64,000 nt of DNA, taken from the NCBI GenBank assembly GCA_002840535.1, contig PHBH01000024.1, positions 3,261 to 67,260 of the forward strand, in the 5' to 3' direction. Below the pieces are notes generated by a model that saw only the letters and a program-made list of their open reading frames with translations, had not been told where the DNA came from and searched no databases. Below, piece by piece: positions 10,144 through 19,725 of this stretch. Both the position numbers and the translations under genes were made by a program. Within the stretch, counting starts at the first letter, position 1, and every line of letters starts with the position of its first letter. This DNA comes from Deltaproteobacteria bacterium HGW-Deltaproteobacteria-15. Its GTDB lineage: Bacteria > Desulfobacterota > DSM-4660 > Desulfatiglandales > HGW-15.

Positions 10144-11103
10144 GTGCACACATCACTCGAAGATATCGAGTCGGCTTGCCGTATCGTCTATTCGAATATG
10201 CAGGCGACACCGCAATATTGCTGGCCCCTGCTCTGCGAACGGTTGGGTACGGAAGTGTGGGTCAAGCACGAGAACCACACGGTTGTCGGCGCGTTCAAAA
10301 TCCGCGGAGGACTGGTCTATTTCGATCACCTGTCCAAATCTGCCGGGATGGTCCAAGGCGTGATCAGTGCGACCCGTGGAAACCATGGCCAGTCGGTTGG
10401 ATACGGTGCCCGCCGCTACGGGATTCGGGCTACTGTAGTCGTGCCCCATGGCAATAGTGTTGAAAAAAATGATGCCATGCGCGCGCTCGGCGTGGAGTTG
10501 ATCGAGCACGGCGATGACTTCCAGGCGGCCCGCGAGCACGCAGAGAGCCTCGCCGGCAAGAGGTCGCTGCACATGGTGCCGTCGTTTCACCCGCTGCTGA
10601 TAGCGGGTGTGGCCACGTACAGCCTGGAGCTGCTGAGGGCCGTCAGGGATGTCGATATCGTCTATGTGCCCATCGGGCTCGGCTCAGGCATCTGCGGAAT
10701 GCTCGCTGCAAGGGACGCGCTGGGTGTAAAAGCCGAGATCGTCGGAGTGGTATCTTCTCATGCCCCGGCCTATGCTGAATCCTTCAGCGCCGGACGGTCG
10801 ATCGATTCCCCTGTCACCACAAGACTTGCCGACGGCATTGCCTGCCGCACGCCGGAGCCTGCCGCTCTGGACCTTATCTTGAAAGGCGTAGAACGGATTG
10901 TTCAGGTCACGGATGACGAGGTGGCAGCGGCAATGCGCATGCTGTTCGAATGCACTCACAACGCGAGCGAAGGCGCGGGTGCTGCTGCAGTTGCAGCAGC
11001 GGCAAAGGAAAAATCCCTGATTGCCGGCCGCAAAGTGGCCGTTGTCCTGTCGGGCGGCAACGTCGACCGGGAGGTTTTTGCCTCCGTTCTCGGCAGCCGA
11101 TGA
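10144..11103 (+). CDS. PLP-dependent threonine/serine dehydratase (threonine ammonia-lyase family)
   Basis: Lys-containing PLP motif (VGAFKIRGG) and glycine-rich loop (GLGSGICG). GTG start with a GAGGT SD. Confidence 0.75.
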   Translation: MHTSLEDIESACRIVYSNMQATPQYCWPLLCERLGTEVWVKHENHTVVGAFKIRGGLVYFDHLSKSAGMVQGVISATRGNHGQSVGYGARRYGIRATVVVPHGNSVEKNDAMRALGVELIEHGDDFQAAREHAESLAGKRSLHMVPSFHPLLIAGVATYSLELLRAVRDVDIVYVPIGLGSGICGMLAARDALGVKAEIVGVVSSHAPAYAESFSAGRSIDSPVTTRLADGIACRTPEPAALDLILKGVERIVQVTDDEVAAAMRMLFECTHNASEGAGAAAVAAAAKEKSLIAGRKVAVVLSGGNVDREVFASVLGSR

Positions 11104-11180
11104 TTCCGGAAGAATATTGCATTCCATCTCTCAAAAGGGTATGAGGGCTTGTCTCTCTTTCTCAAGTAGTAACCTTAAGC

Positions 11181-13070
11181 ATGATCAAGAAACGAAACAT
11201 CCTTACTGTATTGGTTTTTGCCTGCTTTTTGCTTTTCTCCCGCAGCGTTTTGGCAGAAACCGTTGCCCTTCCGCTTTCCCTCGATTCTCAACTGCTCAGA
11301 TCCATGATCATCAAAGCCGCCTACACAGACGAGGGAAGGACTGCCGTTTTGGCCGGACATCGGGGGGGCTGCAAGTCCATTGTCCTCTCTGAGCCGAGAT
11401 ACGTCATCCGGGATAACAGCCTCGTCTTTGAAACGAGGGTCTTCATCCAGGCGGGATTCAGCATCGGCGAGACCTGTATCCTGCCCACCTCATGGGAAGG
11501 ATATGTTGCTCTCACCCAGGTTCCTGTCATAGACGACCGATGGGTCCTCTCTTTCAGGACGATCGAATCCGAGGTCTACAACCAGGACCATGAGCCTGCC
11601 CGTGTCATGGGTTTTTTCTGGAACTTGATCAAATCGCATGTCTTCGAATACCTGAGCCAGATCACGATCAATCTTGCTCCCCCTGTGGAAGACCTCCGGC
11701 TATTCACCAGGGACGTGTTTCCTGCAGCATTGCAGGAAAATGCCCGGAGAATCCTGGACAGCTTCAGGCCCGGAAAAGTGGAAACGCGTGAGGAGAGCAT
11801 CACAGTCGAAATCCTGGCGGAAGTCGGTCAAGAGGAGAGAGAAGGAAAATCCGACGAAGAGGTCCTCGAGCAGGAAGAGGTGGATAGATTCATTACCCTG
11901 TGGGAGACATGGGACGCGTATTTTGTGCAGATGATCACCGCTCTCCCGAGAGAAAAATTGAGTGCCGGTGAAAGGGAGCTTATCCTGGATGTGCTCCTTG
12001 ATGCCAGGCACGGCTTCGAGGATGAGCTTCTTGAGTCAGGAGGAAAAACCGATTTTGTCAGGAAGCAATTTATAGAGGCGTGGGGCCGCCTCTCGCCGAT
12101 TTTCAGAAAAAGGATGAGCGACGATCCTGCCCGGCCTGTTCTCGACTATCTTGCCTTTTTCACGGCCTCCGATGCCCTTGTTGCGCTGGACAAACTAGGG
12201 CCTGGGCTGGGAATCGAGATCAGCCGAAACGGCTTGATACATCTGGCCCGCCTCATCAGCAGCAAAGATATTACCGATCTTCCATACGCGTTTGTGGTGG
12301 ATGAGGATCTGAGGTCCATCCTTGGGCTTGGCGATCCACTTCCCCTTACCGAGCCTTCTTTTGACGGGGAATCCATCGAGATCGCCCCGGAAGAGTTCAA
12401 GCCCGAGGAAAAGGAGTGGCTCCTGCACGTGAAGGGTTTCTTCATCGCCACGGCCTGGGCCGGAACCGATCCAAAGCAAGCCTTCCGTGACCGTATTACC
12501 CCCTGGCTGGTCCCAAAAGGCGATGTCATGGCCTATCTCAATAGGGTCAAACTCCTCTTGAACGAAGCCTCAACCAAGGTTTTTTCCAAAACCGATCTGG
12601 ACAGGGGGCTCAGCGAGTTCTACAATCTCCTCGTTCTTTCCACCGCATGGCAGGAAACCTGCTTCCGACAATTCGTGATAGAGAGAGGCAAGGCGACGTA
12701 CCTGCGGTCGTATAACCACACGTCTGTAGGGATCATGCAGATCAACGAACGCGTGTGGCGAGGCATCTATGATCTGAACCACCTGCGCTGGGATATCGTA
12801 TACAACGCCACGGCCGGTTGCGAGATCCTCAGTTTATATCTGAAGAAATATGGTCTGCCGGATACAGAGAAGACAGGATCGGGAAAGCCGCCCGATCATG
12901 AGACCCTTGCCAGATCGGTCTATGCCGTGTACAGCGGGGGTCCGGGTCATTTGCGGAAATGGAAAGACGCTCTGGCCAAAGGACGGCCCGGCGTCATCGA
13001 CAAATTGTTCCTGGAAAAGTATCGATGGGTCTGCAGCAGCCAATGGGAACAAATAGGGGGATGTTTGTGA
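11181..13070 (+). CDS. secreted protein with C-terminal lytic transglycosylase (SLT) catalytic domain
   Basis: N-terminal signal peptide. C-terminal ...STAWQETCFRQF...SVGIMQIN... matches the SLT catalytic E-S / GLMQ region. Confidence 0.6.
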   Translation: MIKKRNILTVLVFACFLLFSRSVLAETVALPLSLDSQLLRSMIIKAAYTDEGRTAVLAGHRGGCKSIVLSEPRYVIRDNSLVFETRVFIQAGFSIGETCILPTSWEGYVALTQVPVIDDRWVLSFRTIESEVYNQDHEPARVMGFFWNLIKSHVFEYLSQITINLAPPVEDLRLFTRDVFPAALQENARRILDSFRPGKVETREESITVEILAEVGQEEREGKSDEEVLEQEEVDRFITLWETWDAYFVQMITALPREKLSAGERELILDVLLDARHGFEDELLESGGKTDFVRKQFIEAWGRLSPIFRKRMSDDPARPVLDYLAFFTASDALVALDKLGPGLGIEISRNGLIHLARLISSKDITDLPYAFVVDEDLRSILGLGDPLPLTEPSFDGESIEIAPEEFKPEEKEWLLHVKGFFIATAWAGTDPKQAFRDRITPWLVPKGDVMAYLNRVKLLLNEASTKVFSKTDLDRGLSEFYNLLVLSTAWQETCFRQFVIERGKATYLRSYNHTSVGIMQINERVWRGIYDLNHLRWDIVYNATAGCEILSLYLKKYGLPDTEKTGSGKPPDHETLARSVYAVYSGGPGHLRKWKDALAKGRPGVIDKLFLEKYRWVCSSQWEQIGGCL

Positions 13071-13109
13071 TCAGGATGAGATCATGAAAGAGAATTCGGA
13101 GATCTGGTG

Positions 13110-16100
13110 ATGAAGTGCCTTAAATGCGGATCCGAGAACCATGCGGAGGCAAAGTTGTGCGGAGAATGCGGGTCCGGCCTGGAGAGCCGTTGTCCAGGCT
13201 GCGGGAATGGTTATCCGGTTCATTTCAAGTTCTGCAGCGAATGTGGCCATAAGCTGCAGACATCCGCTGAATCCGCTTCGATCGATTATTCCCAACCTCA
13301 ATCTTATACCCCAAAGTTCCTTGCTGAAAAGATCCTGACCCAGCGCTCCTCCATCGAGGGTGAGCGGAAGGTCCTGACCGTCATGTTCACTGACGTGGCG
13401 AACTTCACGCCGCTCTCCGAGCGGGTCGGCCCCGAGGTCGTCCACCAGATCATGGACGGGTGCTTTCGCATTCTGCTTGAGGAAACCCATCGGTACGAAG
13501 GGACCATCAACCAGTTCACCGGCGACGGCGTCATGGCGCTCTTTGGTGCCCCGGTAGCCCACGAAGACCATGCTGTTAGGGCCTGCCATGCGGCCCTGGC
13601 CATCCAGAAGGCGCTCAAACCCTTCGGCGAGGATCTGAAGAGGAGGTACGGCGTGGATTTCAGGATGCGCGTCGGCCTCAACTCCGGGCCGGTCATAGTA
13701 GGGGCGATAGGAGACGACCTGCGGATGGACTACACGGCCGTGGGGGACACTACCAACCTGGCCGCACGCATGGAACAAATGGCCGAGCCCGGAAAGATCC
13801 TCCTCACGGCCAGCACCTGCCGGCTCGCGAGGGATTTCTTCGAATTTCAGGAGCTCGGAAAGAAGAAGGTCAAGGGGAAGCAGGAGGAACAGGAGATCTT
13901 CGAGCTCATCCGGGTCGGGGACTTCTCTTCCCGGCTCGACGCAGCCGCGGCCAGGGGGCTCACCCCCTTCATCGGCCGGGAGCAGGCTGTCGGGGAGCTG
14001 ATGAGGGGCTTCGAGAAGGTGCGGAGCGGCGCCGGCCAGGTGCTCGGGATTGTGGGGGAGGCGGGGGTCGGGAAGTCCAGGCTGCTCCTCGAATTCCGAG
14101 GCCGCCTCCCAATGGGGGAGTACTGCTACCTCGAAGGCCGATGCATCCGCTTCGGCCACGCCATGGCCTATCTTCCCATCCGGGAGATCGTCCGCTCCTA
14201 TTTCGGGATCGTGGAAGGCGAGCCCGACGGAACCCGCACGGAAAAGATTGCAGGTGGATTGTCAAGCCTGGACGAAGAGCTCCGGCCTTCCCTGATCCCT
14301 TTGCAGGAGCTGCTGGGCATCAAGGTTGAGGACCCCTCGTGGCTCGCCTTGGAGCCCCGAGAGAAGAGGGAAAGGATCTTCAGGTCCGCCGGGGACCTGC
14401 TTCAGGGGGAGAGCCGGTCGAGACCCTTGGTGATCGCGGTCGAGGACCTCCACTGGATCGACAAGAGCTCCGAGGAATTTCTGGACTACTTCATGGGCTA
14501 CCTCAAAGGCGTGAGGATCCTGCTCCTGCTCCTTTATAGGCCGGAATACCACCACGACTGGGGGAAGAACCCCTTCTTCCGGCGAGTCAGCACAGACCAG
14601 CTTCCCTCCGAGAGCGGCGCCGCACTAGTCAGCGCCCTCCTGAAGGGGGGGGAAGTCGTGCCCGAACTGGCCGACCTCATATACAGCCGCTCGGGCGGAA
14701 ATCCGCTCTTCATGGAAGAGCTCACCAGGACGCTCCTCGAAAGCGGCGCCGTCCGCCGGGTAGACCATCGCTACACCCTCGCAGACCGCTCTTTCGCCAA
14801 GCAGGTGCCGGAGACGGTCCAGGGGATCATCGCGGCCAGGATGGACCGGCTCTCCGACAGTCTCAAGGTGACTCTCCAGGCTGCCTCCGTTATCGGCCGG
14901 GAATTCGAGGTTGACCTCCTGGGCTGCGTTAACAGGCGCGGGCAGGAGCTGATATCGGGCCTCTCCGAGCTTCAGGGGCTTGAGTTCGTCCATATGAAGA
15001 GCGGTTCCCCGGAGCCGGCATACTTTTTCAAGCACGCGCTGACCCAGGAGGTGGCGTACAACAGCCTCCTGATCGCAAAGCGAAAGGAGATCCACCAGAG
15101 GATCGGGGATGCCATCGAGGAGCTCTACCCCAACAGGCTGGAGGAGTTCTACGAAGTGCTTGCCGCCCACTACTCCAAGGGGCAAAGCCTGGAAAAAGCC
15201 GCAAGGTACATAAGGCTTTCAGCTGAGAAGGCGTTGAAGAGCAATTCGCTCTGGGTGGCTCTTCGTCTTTACAAGGAGTTGCTCGCGCTGCTCGATCAGG
15301 AGCATGAGGCGGATGAGCGAAAAAAAGAGAAGATCGAAGTCCTTGTCTCCATGATCCCCATTCTGAGGGGTCTGGGATTTCCTGAAGATCCGGCCGACAT
15401 CCTCCAGGAGGGGGCACGACTCTGCAAAGGGGTTCAGGATAAACGGAGCATGGCCGTCATACATGCCTATGCGGCTATGGCCTTCACCTACAGGGGGGAC
15501 GCGGCGCTTGGAGTGGATTACCTGGAGCAGACCTATCTCAGGGCTGTAACATCACAAGAGTTTGATATCATTAAGGAAGTTGTAGTTGGCCTCATTCCGA
15601 ACTATGTCCTGCGCGGAGAATTCCGCAAGGTTGTGGATGTGGCCTCCAACGTTTTTCACCTATTCGAAAAAGCCCATCCTACGTCCAAGGACTTCGGCAT
15701 GCCCGTTGATCTTCATGTTACTCTCCTCCTCAACCGTGGATCCGCAATGGGATTCCTGGGGGATTTTGAACATGGCGAGGAAGAGTGCAGGAAGGCGGTC
15801 TCCATTTCCAGTAACATCGGCCGCGCTTTCAGCATCGGCGACGCGGAGCTTTCTTATGGAACCCTTCTGACCCAATGGGGAAGAACCGGCCAGGCGACAG
15901 CCCATCTCCAGAAAAGCATTGAGAATTACGAGAAATCCCAGGGGACCATCTGGCTGCCTACTGCTTGGAGCTACCTGGGGCTGGCCCACAGCTTTGAAGG
16001 CGATGGTTCCAGGGCGCTCGAGTGTCTGGAGAATGCATTGCGAATGCAGGTTGAGAGCGGCCTCCCCTCCCTTCTCTCCCTCCACCACTGCAACATGAGC

Positions 16101-16475
16101 TCAGTGCATCTGGAGTTGGGGGATTCTGATAAGGCGCTATTTCACGCAGGAGAAGCGATAAGACTCGCAGAGGCAAACGATGGGAAACATCACGAGGCGC
16201 TCTCTCTTATATACCTGGGATTGGCGGAATGGAGAATCCGGAGGATCCCGAATCAGGAAGCGGAAGAAAGGCTGGGAAAGGCGATCGAAAAGCTCAAGGG
16301 CCTTGGATTGAAACCGTGGGAGGCCCAGGGAAACCTCCACCTCGGTGCTCTCCTTGCCGAGTCAGGGGAGCCTGAGAAGGCCAGGCAAAGGATCGGAACT
16401 GCCGAAAGCATGTTTCTGGAGATGGGGATGGATCACTGGACCGCAAGGGCGCGGAGCGCCTTGAAACGAATCTAG
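13110..16475 (+). CDS. STAND-type signalling protein: double zinc-ribbon + class III adenylate/guanylate cyclase + P-loop NTPase (AAA_16/NB-ARC-like) + TPR array
   Basis: CxxC x4 N-terminus; cyclase motifs (FTDVANFT, FTGDGVMALFGAP); Walker A GEAGVGKS; long C-terminal TPR-like repeats. Confidence 0.8.
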   Translation: MKCLKCGSENHAEAKLCGECGSGLESRCPGCGNGYPVHFKFCSECGHKLQTSAESASIDYSQPQSYTPKFLAEKILTQRSSIEGERKVLTVMFTDVANFTPLSERVGPEVVHQIMDGCFRILLEETHRYEGTINQFTGDGVMALFGAPVAHEDHAVRACHAALAIQKALKPFGEDLKRRYGVDFRMRVGLNSGPVIVGAIGDDLRMDYTAVGDTTNLAARMEQMAEPGKILLTASTCRLARDFFEFQELGKKKVKGKQEEQEIFELIRVGDFSSRLDAAAARGLTPFIGREQAVGELMRGFEKVRSGAGQVLGIVGEAGVGKSRLLLEFRGRLPMGEYCYLEGRCIRFGHAMAYLPIREIVRSYFGIVEGEPDGTRTEKIAGGLSSLDEELRPSLIPLQELLGIKVEDPSWLALEPREKRERIFRSAGDLLQGESRSRPLVIAVEDLHWIDKSSEEFLDYFMGYLKGVRILLLLLYRPEYHHDWGKNPFFRRVSTDQLPSESGAALVSALLKGGEVVPELADLIYSRSGGNPLFMEELTRTLLESGAVRRVDHRYTLADRSFAKQVPETVQGIIAARMDRLSDSLKVTLQAASVIGREFEVDLLGCVNRRGQELISGLSELQGLEFVHMKSGSPEPAYFFKHALTQEVAYNSLLIAKRKEIHQRIGDAIEELYPNRLEEFYEVLAAHYSKGQSLEKAARYIRLSAEKALKSNSLWVALRLYKELLALLDQEHEADERKKEKIEVLVSMIPILRGLGFPEDPADILQEGARLCKGVQDKRSMAVIHAYAAMAFTYRGDAALGVDYLEQTYLRAVTSQEFDIIKEVVVGLIPNYVLRGEFRKVVDVASNVFHLFEKAHPTSKDFGMPVDLHVTLLLNRGSAMGFLGDFEHGEEECRKAVSISSNIGRAFSIGDAELSYGTLLTQWGRTGQATAHLQKSIENYEKSQGTIWLPTAWSYLGLAHSFEGDGSRALECLENALRMQVESGLPSLLSLHHCNMSSVHLELGDSDKALFHAGEAIRLAEANDGKHHEALSLIYLGLAEWRIRRIPNQEAEERLGKAIEKLKGLGLKPWEAQGNLHLGALLAESGEPEKARQRIGTAESMFLEMGMDHWTARARSALKRI

Positions 16476-16646
16476 TGTAGTGTCTCACTGATAACTTGTC
16501 ATCTCTACCCCCGCGACTCGCGCGGATAAACTCCGGGAGAGATCTTTAACTCATGCAAAAGCAGGATTTCTCACCCCGTTCGAAATGGCATCATATTCAG
16601 CCGATCCCTGAGACACTACAATGCTATGAAATAGCAGGAGGCGCAC

Positions 16647-16937
16647 ATGATTCATAAACAAGAAAAACGGTTCTCCCATGACGCGATCAAACTGATGGTT
16701 CGGCAATCGCACTTGCGGTCGCAGCAGAGGCAGGATGCCCTTTATAACCAGGACGTCCTACAGGCCCTCCATGATGTGACCGGTCTGCCTCTTTCAGAAC
16801 TGGCGGAAATAGGGCTCCGCGTTGAGGGGGAGAAAGACCCGGCGTTTTTTTCGGTCAAACAGCAGGCCATGTTGGCAACTGGGTTCCTGATCGGCATCAC
16901 CGCTATTTTATTCTTCGCAACCCGCCTGTTGTGGTAA
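16647..16937 (+). CDS. hypothetical small protein with C-terminal TM helix
   Basis: AGGAGG SD 6 nt upstream. No recognisable family. Confidence 0.4.
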   Translation: MIHKQEKRFSHDAIKLMVRQSHLRSQQRQDALYNQDVLQALHDVTGLPLSELAEIGLRVEGEKDPAFFSVKQQAMLATGFLIGITAILFFATRLLW

Positions 16938-17100
16938 AGACCTTGTATCCGCGCATTACCACACTGCTTCTGAAGATATCAGACAGTCTCCCTATATTCT
17001 CCTCCGTTGATAATCATTAAGATAAGCGGAAAAACGGGTCCCTTTCCCTTCAGAACTCCTGGTGTGGAATAGAGAGATCCGAAAAAAGGAGGAATTCACT

Positions 17101-17259
17101 GTGGACGAGCATGAACAGAGGCTAGTATGGGTGAAGGACAAGGCGGGCAACGAGTATGTATGCCGCGTCATGGACCTGAAGGACCCCAGCCGCGTCTCCG
17201 ATGACGATCTCAGAAACTGCGTTGATGATGCCTCCAGAGCCATCAACGTCGGAGACTGA
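17101..17259 (+). CDS. hypothetical small acidic protein (about 52 aa)
   Basis: GTG start with an AAAGGAGG SD 8 nt upstream. Followed by an intrinsic terminator. Confidence 0.35.
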   Translation: MDEHEQRLVWVKDKAGNEYVCRVMDLKDPSRVSDDDLRNCVDDASRAINVGD

Positions 17260-17291
17260 CGAACTGGTTTTTTCTTTGAAAATTGGATGCG

Positions 17292-17326
17292 GCCCTTCGA
17301 CTCTCCTGCTCGAAGGGCTTTTTTGC
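17292..17326 (+). terminator. rho-independent terminator (GC stem cccttcga/tcgaaggg + T6)
   Basis: Hairpin followed by CTTTTTT, read from the sequence. Confidence 0.6.
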
Positions 17327-17335
17327 CTCTTCCTC

Positions 17336-17500
17336 AATTCCCAAATCCGAATATCGAATACCGAAATTCGAAACAAACCCGAAAACCCAAATTCTCAAAT
17401 GATCTAAACCCCAACCGTTCATTTGAGTGGATCGTTTTGTTTGGGGCTTTTCGATTTCTGGGTATCTGAACTTGTTTCGGATTTCGTGCTTTGGATTTCT
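17336..17500. repeat. AT-rich region with an inverted pair of 'AAATCCGAA..CGAAAT(A/C)CGAAACAA' motifs. Further copies at 42296-42345 and, more weakly, 58575-58605.
   Basis: Direct comparison: 17340-17375 (+), rc of 17462-17500, and 42305-42340 share about 25-30 nt. Confidence 0.55.
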
Positions 17501-17536
17501 AGATTATTCCTGGGTGTGTCACCAAGTTATGGGGAA

Positions 17537-17552
17537 TGTTTCACGTGAAACA
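17537..17552. promoter_or_regulatory. parS: parS centromere site, perfect TGTTTCACGTGAAACA
   Basis: Exact match to the canonical 16-bp parS palindrome, 300 bp upstream of parA. Confidence 0.85.
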
Positions 17553-17852
17553 TCCAGCCGATGAATGGTTGTCAATCCTGATTCGACACTCCAGCGCCCG
17601 CCCTCAGTCTGATCCTCAGTCTGATCTTTACCCACACTTGACACAGTGGGAAGTGGGAGGGCTGGAGCCAGGGCTCGGGGTGGTCTTCGGAGAAGAGGTC
17701 ACGTCCCCTGCCGGGGCTCTCTTGAACGTTTTTGCTTTCCTCAAGAAGGAGTTTGTGCTAACAGCACCCAAAACGGGAAGCGAGGCGGTTCGCAGCCGCC
17801 CCTTCCGCTATCGCCCTCCAAGTAGCGGAGTTCAAAGGAAATCAACTTCTTC

Positions 17853-18629
17853 ATGGGACATGTGATCGCCGTTGTCAACCAGAAGGGTGGCGTGGGCAAG
17901 ACCACGACTGCCGTAAACCTCTCCGCCTCCCTGGCGGTGGCGGAAAAAAAATGCCTTCTGGTGGATTGCGATCCCCAGGGAAATGCCACCACCGGACTGG
18001 GGCTTAACCGAACGGAACTCGAAAAGGGCGTCTACGATCTCCTAATCGCGTCTATTCCGCTCGAAGAGGCGGTCACCACAACAGGGCTTCCCGGTCTCGA
18101 TCTCCTGCCCGCCACACCGAACCTCATCGGGGCGGAGGTGGAGATCGTCTCAATGGCCGAAAGGGAGTATCTGCTCAAGAAAGGGCTCGCGCCAAGCAGG
18201 CGTGGCTACGACTTCATCCTGCTCGACTGCCCTCCTTCTCTGGGTTTTCTGACTATCAATGCCCTTGCTGCCTCGGATTCCGTGCTCGTCCCCCTCCAGT
18301 GCGAATATTACGCTCTAGAGGGGATCACGCAGCTTCTGAAGACGATCAAAGCCGTGAAACAGGGACTCAATCCGTCGCTACACATCGCGGGGATCCTGCT
18401 GACCATGTTCGACTCCCGCAACAATCTCTCCCTGCAGGTTGCGGAGGAGGCCCGCACCCACTTTGGGGATACGGTGTTCAGGACCATAATACCCCGCAAC
18501 GTTCGTTTGAGTGAATCTCCCAGCCATGGGAAACCGGCCATTCTCTACGATATCAAATCGACCGGGGCGCAAAGCTATCTTGCCCTGGCAAAAGAACTCA
18601 TATCAAGGGGATCAACAGATCATGGTTAA
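17853..18629 (+). CDS. parA: chromosome partitioning ATPase ParA/Soj
   Basis: Deviant Walker A NQKGGVGKTTTAVNL; typical ParA length. Confidence 0.9.
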   Translation: MGHVIAVVNQKGGVGKTTTAVNLSASLAVAEKKCLLVDCDPQGNATTGLGLNRTELEKGVYDLLIASIPLEEAVTTTGLPGLDLLPATPNLIGAEVEIVSMAEREYLLKKGLAPSRRGYDFILLDCPPSLGFLTINALAASDSVLVPLQCEYYALEGITQLLKTIKAVKQGLNPSLHIAGILLTMFDSRNNLSLQVAEEARTHFGDTVFRTIIPRNVRLSESPSHGKPAILYDIKSTGAQSYLALAKELISRGSTDHG

Positions 18630-19467
18630 GCACAAAGCCCTTGGAAAAGGACTCTCAGCGCTCATTCCCGAGGGAGTGGATATCGGGCGCGAGGAGAACG
18701 AGTATTTTCAGTGTCCCGTTGAGTCGATCGAGCCGAATCCCTATCAGCCTCGCCAGAAATTCGTCGAGCAGGAAATCCAGGAGCTCGCGGATTCCATACG
18801 GGAAAACGGCATTCTGACCCCCCTTCTTGTCAGCCGGTTCGAGCACGGGTATCGTCTCATCGCCGGAGAAAGACGCTGGCGCGCAGCGCAGAAGGCCGGT
18901 CTCAAGCGCGTTCCCGTGGTAGTCAGGGAGACCACGCCTGTCGAGAGCCTCGAATTGGCCCTCGTTGAGAATATCCATCGGAGCGACCTGAACCCGCTTG
19001 AGGAGGCTCTGGCCTACAGCCGGTGGCTGGAAGACACTCACAACACCCAGGACGCCCTTGCAAAAAGACTGGGCAAGGATCGCTCGACCATCACAAACAT
19101 GCTCAGGCTCCTGAAGCTTCCCAGGTCTATACAGGAAGACCTGCTACAGGACCGGCTGAGCATGGGGCATGCTCGGGTCCTTGCCGGTCTCAAAACGGAA
19201 GGCGAGCAGATGCGGCTGAGGGACCTGATTCTCAAAAAAGGTCTTTCCGTTCGCCAGGCAGAGGCACGTCTCAAGAAGACCAGGGATGTCCAAACCCCTA
19301 AATCGGAAGACCCCGAGAAAGCATTTTATATGCGAACGCTCTCGGAGGATTTGAAGAGATCGCTCGGCACCAAGGTGGAGATCCGAAGCAAGGGCGGCAA
19401 GGGATCCGTCATCATCCATTTCTATTCCGACGAGGAACTGGGACGTTTGCTGGAACGGCTGTCTTAA
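18622..19467 (+). CDS. parB: chromosome partitioning protein ParB/Spo0J
   Basis: ParB box motifs (GERRWRAA, LVENIHR). The start at 18622 overlaps the parA stop. Confidence 0.9.
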   Translation: MVKHKALGKGLSALIPEGVDIGREENEYFQCPVESIEPNPYQPRQKFVEQEIQELADSIRENGILTPLLVSRFEHGYRLIAGERRWRAAQKAGLKRVPVVVRETTPVESLELALVENIHRSDLNPLEEALAYSRWLEDTHNTQDALAKRLGKDRSTITNMLRLLKLPRSIQEDLLQDRLSMGHARVLAGLKTEGEQMRLRDLILKKGLSVRQAEARLKKTRDVQTPKSEDPEKAFYMRTLSEDLKRSLGTKVEIRSKGGKGSVIIHFYSDEELGRLLERLS

Positions 19468-19639
19468 AAGACGCATAGCGCAAAGAGCAAAGACGAGATC
19501 CAGGCGTTACACTGTCTTCTTATCTGGACTCCGGCTGGTGACGGAAAGGTAGCATCAAGCATCGACTGACTGTCCCGCAGGTCCCTGATACCCCCACAAT
19601 TCCCCTCGTACCTGTAAAACTTCTACACTCTGCCCTATC

Positions 19640-19725
19640 CCCTTTGCGCTTTGGGTTCTCTTCCTGTTCGCTATGCGGTTCTATTCGCTTTGCGCTATGC
19701 TCTATGCGCTACGCGGTTCTCTTTC
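19640..19725. repeat. imperfect tandem repeats (GCGCTTTG / GCGCTATG / GCGGTTCT units) in the convergent parB-plsY spacer
   Basis: Read from the sequence. Confidence 0.4.

Noticed and set aside
13071-14159. 362-aa minus-strand ORF antisense to the STAND/cyclase gene
   Set aside because: Overlaps the cyclase and P-loop motifs of the plus-strand gene; P/E/L-rich low-complexity translation.
16476-16646. 11-bp inverted repeat (gtagtgtctca / tgagacactac) separated by about 130 bp downstream of the STAND gene
   Set aside because: The arms are short and widely spaced, and no other copy was noticed; insufficient to call an element.
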